Assembly: GCF_006345805.1 (NCBI RefSeq)
Contig: NC_042997.1
Span: forward strand, 40,858,001 to 40,922,000
Direction of reading: 5' to 3'
DNA: 64,000 nt
Source of the DNA: Octopus sinensis
Lineage: Eukaryota
The stretch's first letter is position 1, and the number at the start of each line of letters is the position of its first letter. Under the pieces are notes generated by a model that was not told the DNA's origin, made no database searches, and was given only the letters and a program-made list of their open reading frames with translations. The translations under genes and the position numbers were made by a program. Of the stretch, positions 13,630-28,302 are shown piece by piece.

Positions 13630-16600
13630 TCACATCATCATCGTTTAGTGTCCGCTTTCCATGCTTGCATGGGTTGGACGGTTCAACTGGGGTCTGGGAA
13701 GCCAGAAGGCTGCACCAGGCCCTGTCTGATCTGGCAATGTTTCTACGGCTGGATACCCTTCCTAACGCCAACAACTCCATGAGTGTAGTGGGTGTTTTAC
13801 ATGCCAGACGAGGCTGGCAAACGGCCACGATCGGATGGTGCACTTTACGTACCACCGGCACAGAGGCCAGACGAGGCTGGCAAATGGCCACAATCGGATG
13901 GTGCTCTTTACGTACCACCGGCACAGAGGCCAGGCAAGGCTGGCAAACGGCCACGATCGGATGGTGCTTTTCACGTGGCACCGAAGCCAGTCGGGGCGGC
14001 GCTGGCAACGGTCACGTTTGGATGGTTCTCTTATGTGCCACCGGCACTGGTATCACAGCTACAATTTCCATTCATGTTGATCGATTTTGATTTTTGATTG
14101 TGATTTTGATTTTCACTTGCCTCAACAGGTCTTCACAAGTAGAGTTTTGTGTCCCAAAAAGGAAAGTTATGCATACGTGGACTGAGGCCGGGTTATGGTC
14201 TCACTTGTCCTGCCGGGTCTTCTCACGCACAGCATACTTCCAAAGAACTTGGTCTCTAGTCATTTCCTCGGTGAGACCTAAAGTTCGAAGGTCGTGCTTC
14301 ACCACCTCATCCCAGGTTTTCCTGGGTCTGCCTCTTCCACAGGTTCCCTCAACAGCTAGGGTGTGACACTTTTTCACACAACTATCTTCATCCATTCTCG
14401 CCACATGGCCATACCAGCGCAATCGTCTCTCTTGCACACCGCAACTGATGCTTCTTACGTCCAACATCTCTCTCAAGGTACTTACACTCTGTCGAGTATG
14501 AACACTGACATTACACATCCATCGGAGCATAGTGGCTTCATTTCTTGCGAGCTTACGCATATCCTCAGCAGTCACGGCCCATGTTTCACTGCCATGTAGC
14601 ATGGCTGTTCGTACACATGCATCATACAGTCTGCCTTTTACTCTGAGCGAGAGGCCTTTCTTCCCTAGCAGAGGTAAGAGCTCTCTGAACTTTGCTCAAG
14701 CTCTTCTTACTCTAGCAGTTACACTTTCAACACACCTGCCACCGCTACTGACTTGGTCACCTAGGTAACGGAAGCTATCAACTATTTCTAGTTTTTCTCC
14801 CTGGAATGTGGCGGAAGTTGCTCTCTGCGCATTTTCAGTGTTTATTGCTCCTGAGCATCTACCACATACAAAAACTATCTTCCTAGTTAGCCTTCCCTTG
14901 ACGTTGCTGCACCCTTTATGTGTCCATAGCTTACACTTGGTACATCTTATAGAGTTTCTACCTACGCCTTACCTACAGATCGAGCAAGGCCATCTACCTG
15001 AAGGCGTTTGCAACTTGCCTACCTTCCTACTTATTAGGACTTTGGTTTTAGCTAGGTTGACTCTAAGGCCCTTCAATTCTAATCCTTGCTTCCACACCTG
15101 AAATTTTTCCTCCAGTTCTGATAGTGACTCAGCAATTAGAGCAAGGTCATCAGCATAGAGGAGCTCCCAGGGGCATCCTGCCTTGAATTCCTCCGTTATT
15201 GCCTGGAGGACTATGATAAATAGGAGGGGGCTGAGTACTGAACCTTGGTGGACCCCTACCTCTACCTGGAATGCTTCACTGTACTCGTTGCCAACCCTCA
15301 CCTTACTAGCAGCGTCTCTGTACATGGCTTGCACAGCTCTCACTAACCATTCATCTATCCCTAGTTTCCTCATTGACCACCAAATAAGGGATCGGGGGAC
15401 CCTGTCGAAGGCTTTCTCCATGTCGATGAAAGCCAGGTACAGGGGCTTATCTTTGGCTAGGTATTTCTCCTGCAGCTGTCTTACCAGGAATAAGGCATCA
15501 GTGGTGCTTTTCCCTGGCACGAATCGAAACTGCATCTCATCTCTAATTAGTTGGGCTATGACCCTCTCCATAACCTTCATCACCTGACCCAACAGCTTGA
15601 TACCTCTGTAATTATTTGTATCTAGGGCGTCACCTTTACCTTTGTAGCAGTTGACTATTATGCTGCTACACCAGTCATTGGGTATGACTCTTTCGTGTAT
15701 CACCTGGTTAACTATACGGGTGACTAGGCTATAGCTGACACTACCTGATATTTTGAGCATCTCTGCAGTGATTCTTGATGGGCCTGGGGCTTTCCTTGTC
15801 TTCATGCTTCTAATTGCCTTAACTACCAAGGAACTGTCAACTCGGATAGCTGGTCCCTCTGTTGGGTCGACATTCGGCAGACTCTCTTTATCCCATTCAT
15901 TTTCTTTATTCAGCAACCTTTCATAGTGACGTTTCCAAACCTCTCTCTTTGCATCCTCATTTAGCGCAAATGAACCATCATCCATGTGAACACATTTCTC
16001 TCCTACCACATCACGATTCTCTCTCACACACTGTCTTGCAACGCGAAATACCTCAAGTCTTTGGTCCTCACGGCACAGAACATTGGCAATTTTTTTTCTC
16101 ATCTGCTTCCCCTCTGACTAAATAAACCTGTATCCTAGCTTCTCTTTTGGCAGTCCGATACACTTCCCTGCTATCCCCATTTTTCCAGTCCTTCCAAGCC
16201 TGTCTCTTTTCTCTAATAGCCCTGTCTACAACATTGTTCCACCACCACGTTATTTTAGGTCGAGAGGGGACTTTGCACCATCCACGGATCTGGTCAGTGG
16301 CTCTCAGTAGGTTGTCCCTTAGAATCCTCGAGTTGTCTTCTACCCCATGTGAAGCTATATCCCCTTCTACTTTGTCAAATGCTTGAAGTAATATGTCCCT
16401 AAATCTCTGTCCATTTGCAGGATCTTTAAGCTTCCAGATCCTTCTTCTCCATGCTGGTCGTCTTCTGGTCGTCCTCTTAGTCCTGATCCTAGAGTCACTG
16501 ACTACCAGTCTATGTTGTGGGGTACATTCTTCGCCTGGGAAGGTTTTGGCATTTATAAGCAGCCATCTTTCCCTTTTCCTGGCAAGGATGTATTCAATTT

Positions 16601-17850
16601 GGCTGGTATGTCGACCCGATCGGTAGGTGACTAGGTGGCTGGTAGGTTTCCTGAAGTTAGTGTTGCAAACCATGAGATCATTTGCTTCGCAGAACTCCAT
16701 GAGCCTGGTTCCCTCCTTGTTGCGGGAACCATAGCCATTGCCTCCATGTATACCATGGAAGCCCCCAGTATGTTTTCCAACATGCCCATTGAAATCACCA
16801 GCCACAAAGAGAAGGTCTCTGTCGTTTGTCAACAAAGTAGTCTGCAGTAAGGCGTCATAGAATCGGTCTTTCTGTCCATCGGGTAGCCCCGGCTGAGGGG
16901 CATAGGCCGATATAATGGTTGCTAATCCATGATGAAGCACTATTTTAATCTTAAGTATTCTGTCACATACTCTGATTACCTCAATTACCTTATCTACCCA
17001 TTTTTCAGCGAGAAGTATACCCACGCCTCCAACCCCGTCAGTGTTTCCTGCCCAGAAGATCTTGTACCTGTGTTCTTTGCCTGTGAGGAACCTAGCAGAA
17101 CCTCCTCTCCACCTTACTTCTGGGATGCAACATATATCAACACGTCTCCGTTCAAGCATCTCAACAATCTCACCAGACCTACCTTTCTGTGTGCCAACGT
17201 TGAGAGTGCCAACCCTGAGGGTGTGGGAGGTATGGGCCCTAGAGACCGTGGGACGGGAAGTAGTGGCGTCATGTACCTGAAAAGAAAGCTCGCATTTGGC
17301 AGAATTCATAAGCAAAGCAATGATCTTAAGTACAACCTGCTTACACTATACTATCATGTTTTGCACCATATGGTCACTACCTTATATAGTAGGGGTGGTA
17401 TTGGCTTAAGGCCTTAAAGGAAGACGAGATGAGAGAAGGACTTCCGGTACGGGTTGAGGGGGAGGGAGAGCGGGCGGCACCGCGAACTGGGAATGATGGG
17501 GTAGGAATTTAAGTGACAGAAAAGACCGAGAGATAGGCAAATGGTGTAGGAATTGAATAGACAGAGTGATGACCGATAGATGAGGGAGAAAGACAAGATT
17601 TGAGACGAAATGCTTTGTGGTCGTGTGAATAAGTTTCTATGAGTGAAAGGTATATGTTGTGAGGAAATGCTTGAGCTAGCGTTTGAGACGAAAGACATCG
17701 ACAGTAAGAAGGAGGAAATAATAAGATTTTATGGTGATTATACTCGCAAAAAAACAATGAAAGGAGGAGTAAGTCGAAATCTTTAAAATATCTTAGTTGC
17801 TATTTTTCATCCTGAGGTAGGTGTTGCGTGTGTTACAGCCAGGGTATGGA
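13630..17850 (-). mobile_element. Near full-length RTE LINE (5'UTR, APE, RT, repeat-containing 3' tail), a few frameshifts
   Basis: ORFs 16068-17315 (APE), 14969-16102 (RT with YADD) and 14201-14602 (C-terminus); 3' tail 13630-14200 ending in (ATG)n. Confidence 0.93.
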
Positions 17851-18269
17851 AGTAAGAATAGAAAGGGTCAGGCCGCGTGGATTGGTTTTTATAGGGGAGG
17901 GGTTGGGGTTGCTGAGAGGGTGAGTAGGAAGCAGGGCATATTGGCTAGGCGGGTGGAATCGAGAGAAAGTGAGATATAGACAGTGACAGTCGATAGGGAG
18001 GGAGAGAGAGAGAGAGAGAGAGAGTTAAAATGGCTTATTGATGTGTTTTGTTCCTCTTTTTCCCCTCCTGAGAATATCACATTGTTTTACATCATTTTCT
18101 TTCCCCCGGAATAATACCAAATTGGGTCTTCTAACAAGAATGAGGCTCCTCACAAAAATGGAAATTCTTACAAAATTGAGATTTCAAACAAAAGTTTCTG
18201 TGGATCTTGAGTAATCAGTAAAAATTACAGTCTTAAGTTTCTGATTTACATAAGTATTTTATTTCCTTA

Positions 18270-19220
18270 CCTGTGAAGAAGTCTGGGTATTGGTCAATTA
18301 ATGTTCTGTCTTTCTTATAGTAGTTTTGGTTGGTTAGATATTCCAATATTTTGTCTTTGTAATCGCCCCTCTCTATAATCACTATCACCCCATCCTTATT
18401 GGCATCTTTGAGAATGATTCAATTGGCATTCTTCAGTTAGTGTTAGTGAAGCTTCCTTTGCTTCTTAGCAAATGTTCTGTTTGCATTTACAGGCACTGAG
18501 AGTGAATTTGGAAATTGGTGTCTATGTACGTATCTAAATATTTGTCACACCCCTTACATGTAAGGGGTGAAGTAAGATTTATTTCTAAATGCTAACTCAT
18601 CATTTATATTCTTAATGGGGACGAAATTTGCACCCTTATATGCTAACCTCATTATGGATTTCTTACAAGGAAAACTATACAAGTAAGTAGAAAAGGCTTT
18701 TGACCAAAATTTCAAGAAAGATGCCATTGAAACGTGGAGCCCCTTCCTCGATGACTGCTTCAGTTTTTAGGATAGATCAAATAACGATCTATGAATATTT
18801 AATAACATCCTCAACATTCTTCAGCCATCTATCAAATTCAAAGCAGAAACCAACTATAATGACTTACCAATCCCAGTGATTCACATAAAAATATGCAACT
18901 CCACAGTCACAACAGATATATTTTACTACGGAAAAAGAATCAGTCACACATTAATGCTTGAACTTCTACTTTTGTCATCCTTCACACATCAAATGGAACT
19001 TGCTATACAGTTTGGCATGACATATCTGTACAATGGTTGTTTACGAAAAATTCTCACTAAAACTAAATGCTTGAAAGAGAAGCAGAGACAATATGCATGC
19101 AACACTCTTTGAAATTCAACAAGTTATGACCACTGCTTTACATAATTAACTCATACAGGTTCTGCACCAAACTAACTTCCCCAGAAAATAAGGTTAGACA
19201 GAAATAATCAAACAGGAGTA
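18270..19220. mobile_element. Penelope-like RT fragments in opposite orientations
   Basis: Minus 18270-18460 encodes ILKDANKDGVIVIIERGDYKDKILEYLTNQNYYKK (cf. IKPADKG..VVIMD..Y); plus 18690-19200 encodes FLDDCF..SIKFK..TTDIFY. Confidence 0.65.
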
Positions 19221-19399
19221 CTTGAATACTCAAGATTGACACTCTCCATACATATTATTTTCTATGGAATCAATGAACATTGGAGCAAGTGTATGCTTTC
19301 ATTTGAAATTGGACTTTTTTGGATTTCATTCCTATTTGATAGTAATTATGTCACTATAACCTTGGTCTGACCAAAGCCCTGTGAGTGGATTTGGTAGAC

Positions 19400-21015
19400 A
19401 GAAACTGAAACCTCTCGTGGATCAGGTGACAAAATTTGCAGAGAGAGTCATAGCCCAACTAATCTGGGAGAGAATCTAGATGAGATGCAGTTTGGATTTG
19501 TGCCAGGGAGAAGCACCACTGATGCTATATTTCTGGTAAGACAGCTGCAGGAGAAATTCCTATCAAAGATAAGCCCCTGTACATGGCATTTGTTGACTTG
19601 GAGAAAGTCTTTGACAGAGTGCCCAATCCCTTATCTGGTGGTCAACATAGCAACTACGAATAGACGAGTGGTTGGTGAGAGCTGTACGAGCCTTCTACAG
19701 GGATGCTACCAGTAAGGTGAGGTTGGGCAACGAGTACAACGAAGAATGCAGGATGCAAGTAGGGTTTCACCAAGGATCGGTGCTCATTCCTCTCTTGTTC
19801 ATCATAGTTCTCAAGGCAATAACAAAGGAATTCAAGACAGGCAGCCCCCTGGGAGCTCCTCTCTGCTGATGACCTTGCTGTCATAGCTGAATCACTACCT
19901 GCACTAGAGAGGAAGTGATGGAAACAAGGTCTAGAGTTAACCTAGCAAAAACAAAGTCATAGTAAGTAGGAAGGCAGACAAATCACAAATCCCTTCAGGT
20001 AGATGGCCCTGCTCAGTCTGTAGAAAAGGTGTAGGTAGAAACTTCACAAGATGCACCCAGTGCAAGCTGTGGATACACAAAAGGTGCAGCAACATCAAAG
20101 GAATGTTAACAGAGAAACTATCCTTTGTATGTAGGAGTTGTACAGGCGTAATAAATGCTGAATGTGTGTGGAAAATAGACTTCGTCGACTGCCAGGTAGT
20201 CAACAGAAAGAGGTAGTAGATAGCTTCTGGTATCTAGGCAACCAGGTCAGTAGTGGAGGTGGTTGTTCCAAGAGCATTGCTGTGAGAATAAGATTAGTTT
20301 GGGCAAAGTTCAGAGAGCTGCAACCCCTGCTGGGAACAAAGGGCTTCTCTCTCAGAGTGAAAGGCAGGTTGTTTGCTGCCTGTGTGTGAATATCAATTCA
20401 GCATGGCAGCGTAACATGGGCTATAACAGCCGAGGACATGTGTAGGCTTGAGAGAAATGAAGCCAGTATGATTTCCGAAACTTGAACCTCACAGAAGCAA
20501 TGACTATAGACTAAGACCTTTGACGATGTGCACTGCTTAAGAGGACTAGAGTCAAGTGCACCCATACTGGTGGCACAAAAGAAAATCAACCTTGAATATT
20601 GGGCCTCACAGAGACAAAGTGGCTGAATTCCTTTCGAGTGTTGGGCCTCACAGAATCAAGGTGGCTGAGTTCCTTTTGAGCATTGGTCCCATGGCGACAA
20701 ATTGGCTGAGTTACTTTCGAGTTTTGGGCTTCACGGAGGCAATGACCAAGACCTTTGGCATTATGTCATTCTTGAGAAGAAGACCCATCAAGCAGAGAAC
20801 AATCGCAGTCATGGCAGATACTGGTGTCACGTAAATGGCAACTGTGCCAGCAGCACGTAAAAATACCCATTACACTCTTGGAGTGGTTGGCATTAGGAAG
20901 GGCATCCAACCATAGCAAGCTATACCAAATCAGACTGGATCCTGGTGCAACCTTCCAGCATGTCACCTCCTCTCAAATCGTCCAACCCATGCTAGCATGG
21001 ACAACAGACATTAAA
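19400..21015 (+). mobile_element. Decayed RTE LINE 3' half with tail
   Basis: QFGFVPGRSTTDAIFLVRQLQEK at 19485; GFHQGSVL; WAKFRELQPLL; tail ending in GATGATTA at about 21015. Confidence 0.85.
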
Positions 21016-21017
21016 TG

Positions 21018-21051
<34 letters not shown>

Positions 21052-22082
21052 TGTGTTTGTTCCCACTACTACTTGATAATTGGTGTTGGTGTGTGTATGT
21101 CCATGTAACTTAGTGGTTCAGCAAGAGAGACTGATAGAATAATTACCATACTTTAAAACAATGAGTACTAAGATCACTTGAGTGCTACTGGTACCATGTA
21201 GTCCAGTATAACCTGTTACATGGTCGGGTCTTTGGCAACTAAACTGGCAACCCCACCAGGCTTGCTAAGTGAGGCGGGTGTTTGTTGGACACCCTGCAGC
21301 ACAAAACATAAGACTTGTCAAAGGGTGGAAGAACTACAGCATAGTCAACGGCCATCCAACAACGTGTGTGTGTGGAGTGCTTTGTGCATGTGTGTCTGTG
21401 TGTGTGTGTATTGTATGTATTGCATTTTTTAAAAAAACATTTTAAACTCTGTATATGGTGTATATATTGCATTTTAAACTCTGTGTGTGTATATAGAATG
21501 TACATATTTTATTGTCATTGTCCCTTGTCTCAGCCGAGGCATTGTATCCCAGAAAAGGTGGAAGAACCATTTGGTCAATGGCTCAAATGGAATTTTGTGA
21601 TCATTAGGACCCCGGTTTGGTTAATGACCAAGCAAAGGCGTATGAACTCCGGCCTAGGCAACCAGGTAGTATATGCCTACTGAAAACCATGGATCCTTTT
21701 CTCTCTTTCACCTTGGTTTGGATGGCACTGGCATGAGGGGCTCATTAGCCATGGTTGGCAACCCTCCTAGGAGAGGATAACTCCGACTTTAAACCTACGG
21801 TCTGAGGATCTCGCTGTCACTGTCCCAGCTCGCTAGGCCATGGTAGATGAACCTTGTGCTTAAAGGGTGGGGCCAGTTTGCACGCACTGCACTTCACCTT
21901 AAAACTCCCTAGCGCAGGCCAAAGGACACTAAGACTGATTCACTTGACTAGAAATTCTTCAAGGCAGTTCTGCTCCAGCATGGACAGAGAGTAGCGATGA
22001 AACAAACTGAAGATATTTGAATATTGTAATTCTTATTTCTATACCAAATAATTTGAACAGAATTAAAATGGTAAATTCTTAC

Positions 22083-22331
22083 CTGTACTGATGGCAGGAA
22101 TTGCAATTGATGTATAAGACTTTTCTTCAAGAACTGCCAAACAATTTTGAACGGCTCTTGAAAGGTAATCCATTTCCTGAACCCTTCCATTATTCCAAAC
22201 GGGTCCAACAGCATGAATGATAGCCTTGCATTTGAGTTTACCAGCTTTAGTTGACACTACTTCTCCAGGTTTCAGTTCACTCTTTCTTTCTTTCATAATT
22301 CTGTTAGATTCAGCTTGAATTCCAAACCCAC
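22083..22331 (-). CDS. PARP14-like: Macro-PARP exon, central part of a macrodomain (GGFGIQAES..GEVVSTKAGKLKCKAIIHAVGPVW..SIAIPAISTG)
   Basis: Acceptor tctttgcAG at 22333-22332, donor GTAAGA at 22082; 249 nt, phase 1-1; diagnostic macrodomain motifs IIHAVGP and SIAIPAIS. Confidence 0.9.
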
Positions 22332-25300
22332 CTGCAAAGATATTTGCTTTCTTAATACATGTTCATATATGTTAATATATATCAATAATATTAATATGCC
22401 ACACCTGACACGTGTGCAACACTTAAGAGAAAGAAATTGTTGAAAGAAGTTTTGTTGCTTAAATAAAATTTTTTAAGTAGGTCTCTTGTAATTTCTGGGA
22501 GAGATTTGAAACCACCACCTATGTTTTGTATTACTACTTCTCAATGCCCATGTCTTCTGGGCTACTGAAGCAACAACGGTCTTAATGAGAAAATTAAGAT
22601 ACTTAAATTTAATACTGGGTGTCACATAAGGGAGAGAGAAAGTGAGAGAGAAAGAGAGTGAAAAAGAGAGAGGGGTAGAGAGAGATGACAGCATGAAGCT
22701 GTCTTTTCAGAGTTGCTGATTATTTGAATTCCTTTCTAGGATTAAACTGAAATTGACCCCTGGCTATTAAATACCCAAGCTCACACACACACATGTCTTT
22801 TAGGTCTTCTACCCATTTGAATTCGGCCATACACCAGATGACATGGTAAGTCTTATGTTCCAAGATTTAAATTTTGAATTTGTTTTAACCATAAAATTAC
22901 ACCTCAGCTAAAAAACATCTTTTGGCTTTCACATACAAACTTTTGTTTCTCTTTCTATATTTTTTGTTAAGTTAGAATTTCTGTTTTAATCAAGATGTTT
23001 CCAATTTTTTTTTTCTTTTGCTATCAAGTAAGCCTTTAAAAATAAAATTAAAATCATGGAGCCGAAGAAGTTCAATAATATTCTATTTTTTCCTTATAGT
23101 ATGAGAGAGATTTGGCTGTTATTTCTAGCAAATTGAACAACCACATAGTTATTCAATTGGTTCATTTGTTGATGTATATAAGTAAACAAAAACTAAAATA
23201 CACACACACACACACATATCAATGTAAGTGTGTATCTGTGTGTGTGCGATAATGTGTCGCGTGGTGTAAATAAACACAACTTTCTCTTCCTATATTTCTT
23301 GTTAAGTTAGAATTTCCTCAAAAACTGTCTAACACATTCAGATATGTTTTTCAATTGAAACATTCAGAATCATTTTGGACATCACTTGAGTGATTTTTAT
23401 GTTCATTTACAACCAATGTGTGTTGTCAAGACCTGGCTTCTCACCCACACACACACACATATATATGTATATATATATATGTGTGTGTATGTATATACCA
23501 TCCCTCAGTTATGCACGTGGCAATGTTTTTTAAATAAACCCTTACTTGTGTTGATGCATTGTTTTTATTATTATTATTGTTGTTGTTGTTATTATTATCT
23601 TATTTAAGTGCATGTGTGTGTTAATATAACTGCAAAACAACATAACCATTAGATTTGTATAATCAATGGTTTCGCTACAGTTAGTGGTAAGTAGATCAAT
23701 TTATTCGAATCAAGGATTTGATTTAGAAAAAAAGGACAATAGAGTTCACCCCTAGACTTATTGACAAGAAAATGGGAAAGCAGAGAAGGACCAAAAGTGA
23801 CAAAGGAATACCACTGTTGTATCAGTTTACAACAAAGAGATACTCACCACCAAATATTCACCAAGCAAACTTTGAATATGAGTCGTGGAAAATACTAAAA
23901 AATGTTAAATCTTAAAAATACCCCCCACAGAGGAGATACGCATTTGAGAAATATTAAAATAATAATCTTGGAACTTAAGAGAAAGGATGGTATTACTGTA
24001 CACTTGGACAAGACTAGGAATATATATAATCTACTTATATAAAAGAGGGAAAAAGCTTGCACACTTTGGATTTGGTCAGGATTCAATGGCACTAGACATA
24101 CTAGGATTGAGCTGAAAATTGGCAGGGGTATTAAATGCATGGTGATGATTCGACCTGCGATGGTTAAAATTTGCAAGCAATAAAGATGTGGTTGCTATGG
24201 CAAAGAGAGTGAAAATTGACAAGTGTTTGTTTTTCCTCTCTCATGGTTATCACCCTTTCTTCTTCCATCTCTTTCTTGCCTCCCTTCTCTTCAATTTCTC
24301 TCTATAATGGTGTTTGAAGTTTCCACTATCTTTCCCTCGCCGCCTTTGCCAGTGCGGTCACTCTCTCCTCTCTCTCTTTCTCTCTCTCTCTCTGTACGTT
24401 TATCTGCACTTTCTCTCTATAACGACGTTTCACAGCTTTGCCGTCTCTGTCACTCTCCCACCACGTTTCTCACTGTACTTCTGCCTCTATCTATAGAGAG
24501 AGAAACCGTGACAGTCGCAACAGTTTAAATATTCCCATCTTTTAGAACGCTGACATATTCTCGCCCACCACCATCGTACAATCATAACAGATATTATTAA
24601 TCAGATGTATATTGTGTTAATTTATATATGTGTGTATATAAATATATATAAATAATGTGTATACATATATATCTTTACATAATGGGGTTGGGGGGAAAAT
24701 GGGATCTTTTGATCTTGATCGGAAGATTTGATGTGCATGTGTGTGTATGTGTGTGAAAGAGAGAGTGTGTGTGAGTGTGTGTTTTTGATGAGGTGTGCGA
24801 GACACACACACATATACACACACGGAATGCCAACTCCTACATTAGACAAAAAGAATTAAAACAATATCTATGAATCTGATCATAAAATAGCCAACACAAA
24901 GCACTCACACACACACACACGCACACACACACACATACACACGCACACATACACACACACACATACACACGCACACATACACACACATGCACACACACAC
25001 ACATAGAGCCAACTTCTACATTAGACAAAAAAATTTAAACAATGTCTATTGTAAAAATTTTCTACTATGACCTCACATTTTCTATGTATGTGTGTATACC
25101 TTAAAAGACATGATTAGTCAGAGGTCCAATAGAATAGTTTTCAGAAACAGACTACATACAAATTCTTTCTTCACAACTCCTGAAGCTGTTTTTTGCGAAG
25201 ATATTTTCACTTCACTCACTCTATCTCTCTTTCTCTCTCACATACACGCGCAAGCACGCACGACACACACACACGTCCATTTCACATATCTTCTTTCAAT

Positions 25301-25637
25301 TTCTGCCATCTGCAAATAAAATTCTTATGGATACAACTACTTACAAAAATAGGGATTAATGTGTAATTTCTTTCTATGTTCATAATTAAATAAATGTTTT
25401 AATGATTAGACAGGGGTCCAATACAATAGCTCTCAGAAACAGACTATGTACAAATTCTTTCTTCACAACCCCTGAAGCTGGTTTTTGATGGGGGTTGGGG
25501 AGAAATTTTCATACTGCTGGAGGCTCCAATCGAAACAGGGGACCCGAAATGAGGTTGAGAAATGCTGTTATAGATTATGCCTAACCGAAAACGATCACAG
25601 TCACATCATTCAAACAAATCGGGTGAAACCGGGCTTA

Positions 25638-25804
25638 TCTATGTATATAAAACTGAGACTGTCTGTCTGTCAGTGTGAATCCCTAAAACTTGAGAACTAC
25701 ACAACCAACTTCATTCAAATTTACAATGCAAAATTTTTAATTTTCAAAAATTACAATTCCAAAGGGTTGAAGCAAACCCAAGCAACGCCGGGCAATACTG
25801 CTAG
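25638..25804 (+). mobile_element. Short non-autonomous Helitron
   Basis: A|TC 5' end (TCTATGTATATAAAA), subterminal CCC..GGG hairpin at 25777-25792, CTAG|T 3' end. Confidence 0.7.
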
Positions 25805-25879
25805 TCTGAAATATATATTACTATCATGAATTATTAAAAGAAGGAAATTACTAGCAGTTACAGAATAGCTAATAAAAAT

Positions 25880-27900
25880 ATATTGAGAACTTTTAACCTA
25901 ATATCTATACAGATAATGACCGATTACAAATTGGATGATAGGACTAAACCTTTTGTTCCAAAGAAACCTAGGATTATGCTAAAAGACCATAAGGAGAATT
26001 TCTATGACAACCCTAAAGTAAGATTAATTTGCCCAGGTAAATCAGACTTAGGTAAGCTAAAGTACGCCATTATAGATAGGTATATACCTGCAGTTAAGAA
26101 CACAATAAAATTGAAGCTTTGGTCTATATGTAAAAAGTAACTGATTGGTTTAATGGAATTGACAATAAAAAAGGAAAGAAATTTTTACAAATTCATACAG
26201 ATAATTATTATTTAACCATATATTATTAAAAAAGGCTCTTTTGTTCATGAGAAATATTCTAAACTAACTATGGAAGAAATTAACATAATTTTAACTGTCA
26301 GGAAAATAGTTATTGAATTTCACAACAAATATTGGATTGAAAAAGTCAATAATGATGGCTTTCATACAACAATGGGATCTGAGGAGTTTGCACAAATCAC
26401 TGATCTAGTAGGTATATATATTCTATTTAATTTAAGTAGAGATTTTTCCTGAATTTAGGGGAGGTTGGTAAGGGGATGATACAACTTTTACTCCTAGAAA
26501 CTTTTCTAATAGAAAATTAGAAATGTACAAGAAGGAATTTTATAGATTAAAAAAAACTTTGGACTCTCCATAACTATCGAAAATAAGCATGTGTCAGTAA
26601 CCTATTTACATGTTAACCTTAACCTCGTTATTGGCAACCACAACCCATTACATAAATCTAACACCAACCTTAGATATACAAATATTGGAAGTAATCATCC
26701 TAGATCTATCATAAATTCTTTGATTTACAATGTATCTAGAAGAATCTCAACTTTATGGCCAAATGAGAAGATTTTCAACAAAAATGTGGACTTTTACAGC
26801 ATGGCACTTGGGAGGGCAGGACATAAGCAGAAGCTAAAATATTGTGCACCGAGCATAAACTCCAGTGATATGCATAATTTAAATATAATTGATAATAACA
26901 GAAAATTAAAAGCATCTGAACCAAATAGAAATAAGGGTAAGAATAAAAATAAATATAAACTAAATAAAAATGATATTCTAAATATGAAAACCGATTCATT
27001 GCTTAATTCCTCTAACGATATTCATAAAAGTAAAAATGATATTAAATGACATACCCCATATATAAAGAAAATTGATTAACAGTTACATAATTATAATAAA
27101 ACTTATAATAAGCGTAATATTATTTGGTTAATTATTCCATTTGCCAAGTAAATTAAGAGTAACTTAGTTAAATCTCTTTATAAACTATTTACAAATCAAT
27201 TTTCTAAAGAAATGAAGTATTACGACATAATTAACCCCAGCAGGCTCTGTGTTGGATATTATGTCTCGATTAAGGTTTCCCAGATTATATTTTCACATAA
27301 CAATAAACAGTTAACTAATTTCTATAATAGTACAGTTAGATTTAGTTATGATGCATTACTTGACAACAAAAATAATTCTGATTATAGTGAATATACAAAA
27401 AGAGAAATCTTCTAAAATATGAAGGGAAACAATGAACGTTGTATCCTATTGTAACCAGAATACTGAATCTTTGAGCAATGATAATACTGATAGCAAGTCT
27501 ATATGAGCAAATAAGAATATGTATTGTGACTGCAAATTTAAGCATAACTGTTTGTTTAAAAATTGTTACAAATAAAAAAGATGTGGTATATAGAAGTAAA
27601 GCGGAAGCTGAGGGTAAAAACTACTTTTACATAGGATCTATGGATAATTACATAAAAATGTATATTGCAAACCGTGAGTCCACAATTATAAACAGAAGTA
27701 AATTATCTTATACTAGTCTAAAGAAGTCTATTTGTGAATTAAGGACAATAATAAAAATCATAACCTAAAGTGGGAAATCATAAGACATGCGAAATCCTAT
27801 AAAACTGGATATTCTCATTGCAATTTTTGTATTGATAAAATTTTTCAAATTTTAACTTCTACACATAAACATCATAGCATATCATACTCTCACTAGTAAT
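25880..27900 (+). mobile_element. Decayed Penelope-like element (RT plus GIY-YIG)
   Basis: Fragments PKVRLICPGKSDLGK, MGSEEFAQITDLVG, RYTNIGSNHPRSI and KNYFYIGS (GIY-YIG); many stops and frameshifts. Confidence 0.8.
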
Positions 27901-28302
27901 AATGAAATTTTAAGAATAGATTAATTTACTTACCGCTAACTGTATTGAAAGCATTGTCTATATAAATCTAATGGTTATGTTGTTTTTCAAATATATTAAC
28001 ACACACATGCACACAAATAAGATAAAAATAATAATTATAAAAAGAAAATGCATCTGCACAAGTAACGGTTTTTTAAAAGTAAGTTAACATGTTCATGCAT
28101 ACATACATGATGATCTTCTTTCAGTTTCTATCAACGAAATCCACTCCCAAGGCTTTGGCCAACCACTGACCTATAACAGAAGACACTTGTCCAAAATGCT
28201 GTGAGTGGAATTGAACCTGAAACCACGTGATCAGGAAGTTAGCTTCTCAACCACACTTGGATCTAAAAAGAAACATTAACTATAAAAAATGGTATTACTA
28301 AC

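Noticed and set aside
21520-21940. Possible HDV-like or twister ribozyme in an RTE-type 5'UTR (GGCGTAT/ATATGCC could form a 7-bp helix)
   Set aside because: I could not place P2, P3/L3, P1.1 or the twister GUCCCAAGCCC motif; a descriptor search would be needed
22900-25490. Short local duplications (22930/23270, 24830/25010, 25120/25425)
   Set aside because: 40-80 bp degenerate copies in repeat-rich intron DNA with no evident function
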